Assembly: GCF_006345805.1 (NCBI RefSeq)
Contig: NW_021836088.1
Span: forward strand, 1 to 25,841
Direction: 5' to 3'
DNA: 25,841 nt
Source: Octopus sinensis
Lineage: Eukaryota
Shown here: in pieces, positions 22,033-25,841 of the stretch
Position numbering within the stretch: the stretch's first letter is position 1
Layout of the letters: each line of letters starts with the position of its first letter
Translations under genes and position numbers: made by a program
The notes under the pieces: generated by a model
Databases searched by the model: none
What the model was told of the DNA's origin: nothing
What the model saw: the letters and a program-made list of their open reading frames with translations, nothing else

Positions 22033-22090
<58 letters not shown>
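21863..22090. repeat. (TAA)n tracts interrupted by a SINE tail fragment (~21960-22012)
   Basis: Visible; CTATAGGCACAAGACCTGAAATTT is the old family A tail. Confidence 0.9.
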
Positions 22091-22091
<1 letters not shown>

Positions 22092-22092
22092 C

Positions 22093-22335
22093 GCTTCAGG
22101 CCAGCAAATTTGGGGGAGGGGTTACATCGACCTCAATCCTGAGCTGGTACTTATTTTATCTTGGAGAAGGGATGAAGTCCATTAGATCAACACCATTATT
22201 TCACTGGTTCTTTATTTCATCGACCTCCGGAAAACTGGAAGCGGAAGTCAAACACAGCGTCATTAGAACTCACTTAAAGAATCGCAAGAGTTATCAAAAG
22301 TTATCTTAGTAGACGCTCCACCGGTTCTGCAAATC
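22093..22335 (-). mobile_element. Two diverged family A SINE relics
   Basis: GGCCAGCAAATTTGGGGGAGGG..ACATCGACC..CTGGTACTTATTTT, then CTGGTTCTTTATTTCATCGACC..AAGTCAA..TTCTGC. Confidence 0.6.
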
Positions 22336-22808
22336 CAAGCTCACCGAAATGTGATATTAATAGACTATGCTTGGTCTGTCAGAGTGTATTTAAAGGGTGG
22401 CTCATTTCGAGACTGAAGAACTTCCAGACAGCCAGCAGATGTAGAATGTTTTCACAAGCCAATCGTTCTATTTATATCTAGTGTATGTATATGGTGTTCA
22501 CGCAAGTGTATCCAAATGCTGTGTGTTTTAATGCTTCTGTATGTGCGTGTCTGTAGATAGCATTTGACGGATTGTGTTAGATATACTTCCATCGCTGATT
22601 TGATTTTCTAAGTGAACTTTAATGCTTGTTTACTTGTTTGCTTGTTTGAGTGTTTGTTTGTGTGTGTGTTTGGGTTTAGGTGTTTGTGTGTATGCACGTG
22701 TGCGATTTGTGAGACTCCAAATTATGCAAATTTTGTACGAAGAGGGCTACCATTTGCTATTTGCCCCTAAACACTATCTTTAGTCTCTGTCTCTGCGTAT
22801 AAACACAC

Positions 22809-22839
<31 letters not shown>

Positions 22840-22962
22840 CATATATAGACACACACATACATATATACAAATATGCATATTTTCACACACATATATATAT
22901 ATATAGGTGTGTGTCTTTGTTTTTGTGTGTGTTAAATAAAATGAGACAACAAAGCGAAGGCT

Positions 22963-23109
22963 ATTATTTACATTATTTACATTCGTCGGATATTTGTCCT
23001 CATCTTGTTTGTTGTTAACACATCGTTTCGGCTGATATACCCTCCAGTCTTCTTCAGGTGTCTTGTGGAAATTTCGAACCTGGGTTCTCATTCCTAAGGT
23101 ATTTTTCGA

Positions 23110-23148
<39 letters not shown>

Positions 23149-23155
23149 TACTATT

Positions 23156-23187
<32 letters not shown>

Positions 23188-23318
23188 TATTATTATTATT
23201 ATTATTGTTGTTGTTGTTGTTGTTGTTCAGGTAACTGCTTGGAATCGAACTCGGAATCTTGGGGTTAATAGCTCGCGCTCTTAACCACTACGCCATATAC
23301 CCGTGGGCATATGTCGTG
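22963..23318 (-). mobile_element. tRNA-headed SINE (family D) with internal (AAC/AAT/GAT)n and a hammerhead motif; 12-bp TSD
   Basis: A box TGGCGTAGTGG (23285-23295), B box GAGTTCGATTCC (23241-23252), microsatellite 23111-23227, tail (GTAAATAAT)2. TSD AAAGCGAAGGCT (22951-22962) / AAAGCCAAGGCT (23319-23330). Confidence 0.8.
23017..23062 (-). ncRNA. Minimal type I hammerhead in family D SINE (degenerate)
   Basis: GACAC CUGAAGA A GACUG-GAGGGUAUAU-CAGCC GAAACGAU/GUGUU. Stem I pairs 5/5 and stem II 4/5; U16.1 reads A in this copy. Confidence 0.65.
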
Positions 23319-23366
23319 AAAGCCAAGGCTGTGATGAATTTTCAGAACATTTATAAGAGAAAGTTA

Positions 23367-23414
23367 GTATTACAGCTGTTTCTAGGATATTAGGGACGTC
23401 CTTTCATCAGAGAC
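23367..23414 (-). ncRNA. Type I hammerhead, family with ACAGCUGU stem III (copy A)
   Basis: GUCU CUGAUGA A AGGA-CGUCCCUAAUA-UCCU A GAAA C-AGCU-G UA/AUAC. Confidence 0.7.
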
Positions 23415-23684
23415 GATGTGAGATTGTTAGACCCCTTTGAATTAGCAACACATGGAATCTACGTCTCCACACTTTCCATTTGTAATGAGAAAATATGAAC
23501 TCCTGTTGGAATTTAAATACTATGGACAAGAAGCATTTCTACCACTTCGTCACAGCACTTTTCTTGGAAAATATTACTGCAACTCTAATATCTTACATAT
23601 ATTTTAATTTTCACTTTTATTCTCTTATTTCCCTTTATACTTGTTATTCCCATCCCTTTCAAAAAAAAAAAAAAACTCCTTATA

Positions 23685-23857
23685 GGCGCAGGAGTGGCTG
23701 TGTGGTAAGTAGCTTGCCAACCAACCACATGGTTCCGGGTTCAGTCCCACTGCGTGGCATCTTGAGCATGTGTCTTCTGCTATAGCCCCGGGCCGACCAA
23801 TGCCTTGTGAGTAGATTTGGTAGACGGAAACTGAAAGAAGCCTGTCGTATATATATG

Positions 23858-23892
<35 letters not shown>

Positions 23893-24094
23893 CTGTGTTT
23901 GTCCCCCTAGCATTGCTTGACAACCGATGCTGGTATGCTTACGTCCCCGTCACTGCGTTCGGCAAAAGAGACCGATTAATAAGTACTGGGCTTACAAAAT
24001 AAGTCCCGGGGTCGATTTGCTCGACTAAAGGCGGTGCTCCAGCATGGCCGCAGCCAAATGACTGAAACAAATAAAAGAGTAAAGAGAAAGAGTA
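23685..24094 (+). mobile_element. Full-length family C tRNA-derived SINE (CORE-like; probably related to the described octopus OR SINEs) with internal (TA)/(TG)n
   Basis: Head GGCGCAGGAGTGGCTGTGTGGTAAG..GGGTTCAGTCCC, CORE-like GGCATCTTGAGCATGTGTCTTCTGCTATAGCC, tail CCAGCATGGCCGCAG..AATGACTGAAACAAATAAAAGA. Confidence 0.85.
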
Positions 24095-24136
24095 TATTGA
24101 AATCTACTATTTCTTTCTATGTAACTATGTCTCATT

Positions 24137-24184
24137 GTCTCTGATGAAAGCATATCCCTAATAACCAGGAAACAGCTGTAAGAC
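24137..24184 (+). ncRNA. Type I hammerhead, family with ACAGCUGU stem III (copy B)
   Basis: GUCU CUGAUGA AAGCAUAUCCCUAAUAACCAG GAAA C-AGCU-G UA/AGAC. Stem I pairs 4/4; stem II is decayed. Predicted site between 24180 and 24181. Confidence 0.7.
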
Positions 24185-24379
24185 TAACTTTCTCTTTACA
24201 GATGTACTGGAAATTCGATACAGCCTTGGCTTTGTTGTCTCATTTTGTTTAATATACACATGCTCATACACGACCCGCATTAGACTCCGCACTCGGATTA
24301 TTATCGAACCAAGAGCTTAACTGCGGTCCTTCCATATCACGTACATCTCCTTACCTCTACCTTGGGCCTTCAAGATACC

Positions 24380-24495
24380 AATAAATCTATATATCTAATT
24401 ATATATATATATATATATATATAATATTCTATATTATATATATATATATATATCATAGAGCTAGATATAGATATAGATATAGATATATATATACA
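24380..24495. repeat. (TA)n/(TAGATA)n microsatellite
   Basis: Visible. Confidence 0.9.
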
Positions 24496-24707
24496 GATAA
24501 AACTTACTTGGAAAAGGATACGTGGCGTTCGATCATATAATAATATAAATATATGCATATACATACCTACATATATATGTATATATACATGTATATATGG
24601 GTACAGGACATCAAAATAAGTAGAACATAAAAACAAAAACACAGAACGAACTTTTTTTCAAACATCGATAAAAACAGAGAAACAAGACATACAACATACA
24701 ACATATA

Positions 24708-24810
24708 TATCCAGCGGGGAAGGGGGTAGCACATACGCCATAGAAACCGGGAATCCGGGCCTATGAGCCTGGTTAGGCTTGAAAAGGGCGAGAAAGAAGA
24801 AATAATAATA
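24708..24810 (+). mobile_element. 3' fragment of family B SINE
   Basis: ATGAGCCTGGTTAGGCTTGAAAAGGGCG matches the reverse complement of ~7462-7492. Confidence 0.75.
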
Positions 24811-24814
24811 AGAA

Positions 24815-25112
24815 AGATTTGGATAATTCATCTTTGGAAACATGGATGGTTCGTTCAACATTCTTAAACAATCCTTATTCTGGGACCTTTTGAGCGGGAT
24901 GGGCTACTCGACCAGAAGAAAATCCTAACTGGGCCCCCACCTGCAAGGTCATGTGCTGTTTATCTTGATATGAGATCACCATGTCGCGAACATATGGTTG
25001 TGATGCATGTGCTTGGTGTAACCTTATCAGACAGGCAGTCAAGAGGGGTATACTGGGCTTCGTATATTTTACCTCAGTGTCACTATGATGGCATGCACTG
25101 CTCTCTCACTCA
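24815..25112. mobile_element. Unclassified interspersed repeat, second copy
   Basis: Overlapping homology with 9585-9775; ends at CTCTCTCACTC followed by AAT repeats. Confidence 0.75.
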
Positions 25113-25134
25113 ATGATAATAATATTCGAGGTAG

Positions 25135-25313
25135 CGGTTAAGTCGACTACATCGACCCCGCTGTTCAACTGGTACTTATTTTATAGAGTCCGTCGGCATG
25201 ACAGGCGAAGTCAACTTCGGCGTCTGCAGAATTCGAATCTAAAACATAAAGACGAACGAAATGCCGCTAAGCATTTGATCGGCAGGCTAACGATTCTGCC
25301 AGCTCTTCGGCTT
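25135..25313 (-). mobile_element. Old family A SINE
   Basis: AAGTCGACTACATCGACCCC..CTGGTACTTATTTT..CCGCTAAGCATTT..CTAACGATTCTGCCAGCTC. Confidence 0.8.
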
Positions 25314-25329
25314 AACGATGATAATCATA

Positions 25330-25380
<51 letters not shown>
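25314..25380. repeat. (GAT)n microsatellite
   Basis: Visible; source of the poly-Asp ORF at 25113-25466. Confidence 0.95.
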
Positions 25381-25393
<13 letters not shown>

Positions 25394-25532
25394 CGATGGT
25401 CATGTGTGTGTGTGTTTGTGTGTGAATGGAAGCCACATCCATTATTGCAAAGATGGGAAAAAGTGATGCTGATCGAGAAGATTTCCAATTATAGAATGGT
25501 CAGCCTGCTTGTGGGAGATTATGTGTGTGTGC

Positions 25533-25566
<34 letters not shown>

Positions 25567-25841
25567 AGGGGGGGAGGAGAGAGAGATTATCCGTTCAATA
25601 TATCGATTGTTTGTTGGCGTTCTTGTTTACGTGGCAGTGAGACGTGAAATGTTACGTCCGTTCACGGATGAATTACTCCGATGAATAAAAAGAATCACTG
25701 TTGCCTGCCGTTTGCTATCTGAGCCAATTATATAGTATTTAGGAATTATTAATGCAACCAATTAGGAAACAATGAATCGAACATCAACAACAGCAACAAC
25801 ATTCGCATCCATAACAATAACGACAATAATAATAATAATAA

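Noticed and set aside
23240-23303. Genuine tRNA gene
   Set aside because: A and B boxes are present but there is no intact acceptor stem or cloverleaf; it is a SINE head. The same applies to the other tRNA-like heads.
23022-23370. Two HHR cleavage sites on the minus strand 349 nt apart, similar to the 347-nt monomer
   Set aside because: The TSD shows the family D SINE was inserted into the other HHR element, and a third of the distance is variable microsatellite, so the spacing is coincidental.
266-25466. Most ORFs in the six-frame track (YI/HT/CV/poly-I, poly-G, poly-D)
   Set aside because: They are translations of microsatellites. Only fragments of the transposases and the R4-type LINE correspond to real, decayed coding sequence.

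Overview
Repeat-dominated, AT-rich eukaryotic DNA with no recognisable host gene. The SINE families and very high microsatellite load point to an octopus genome (inference). Nearly all ORFs in the track are microsatellite noise. Recognisable relics are a maT/DD37D-like transposase (~699-1775, -), a 520-bp TA-flanked MITE (3261-3780), an internally deleted mariner (~15050-15435, -), an RT-core-deleted R4/Dong-clade LINE (~19430-21862, +) and several tRNA-derived SINE families. The main discovery is seven type I hammerhead ribozyme (HHR) motifs in three or four unrelated contexts, most with a palindromic stem III. (1) A ~347-nt tandem unit at 5763-6671 has three HHRs, a structured monomer and a head-to-head inverted copy; it resembles a non-LTR retrozyme or a Penelope pLTR. 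(2) A TSD-flanked tRNA-headed SINE carries a minimal HHR (22963-23318). (3) Two copies of another HHR family lie in divergent orientation (23367-23414 - and 24137-24184 +). (4) A decayed minimal HHR sits at ~14.7 kb. A second notable system is a SINE that forms multimers through one fixed near-palindromic junction, nests in older copies of itself, and has two copies sharing a perfect 189-bp inverted identity. All alignments and folds were done by eye; novelty could not be checked against databases.
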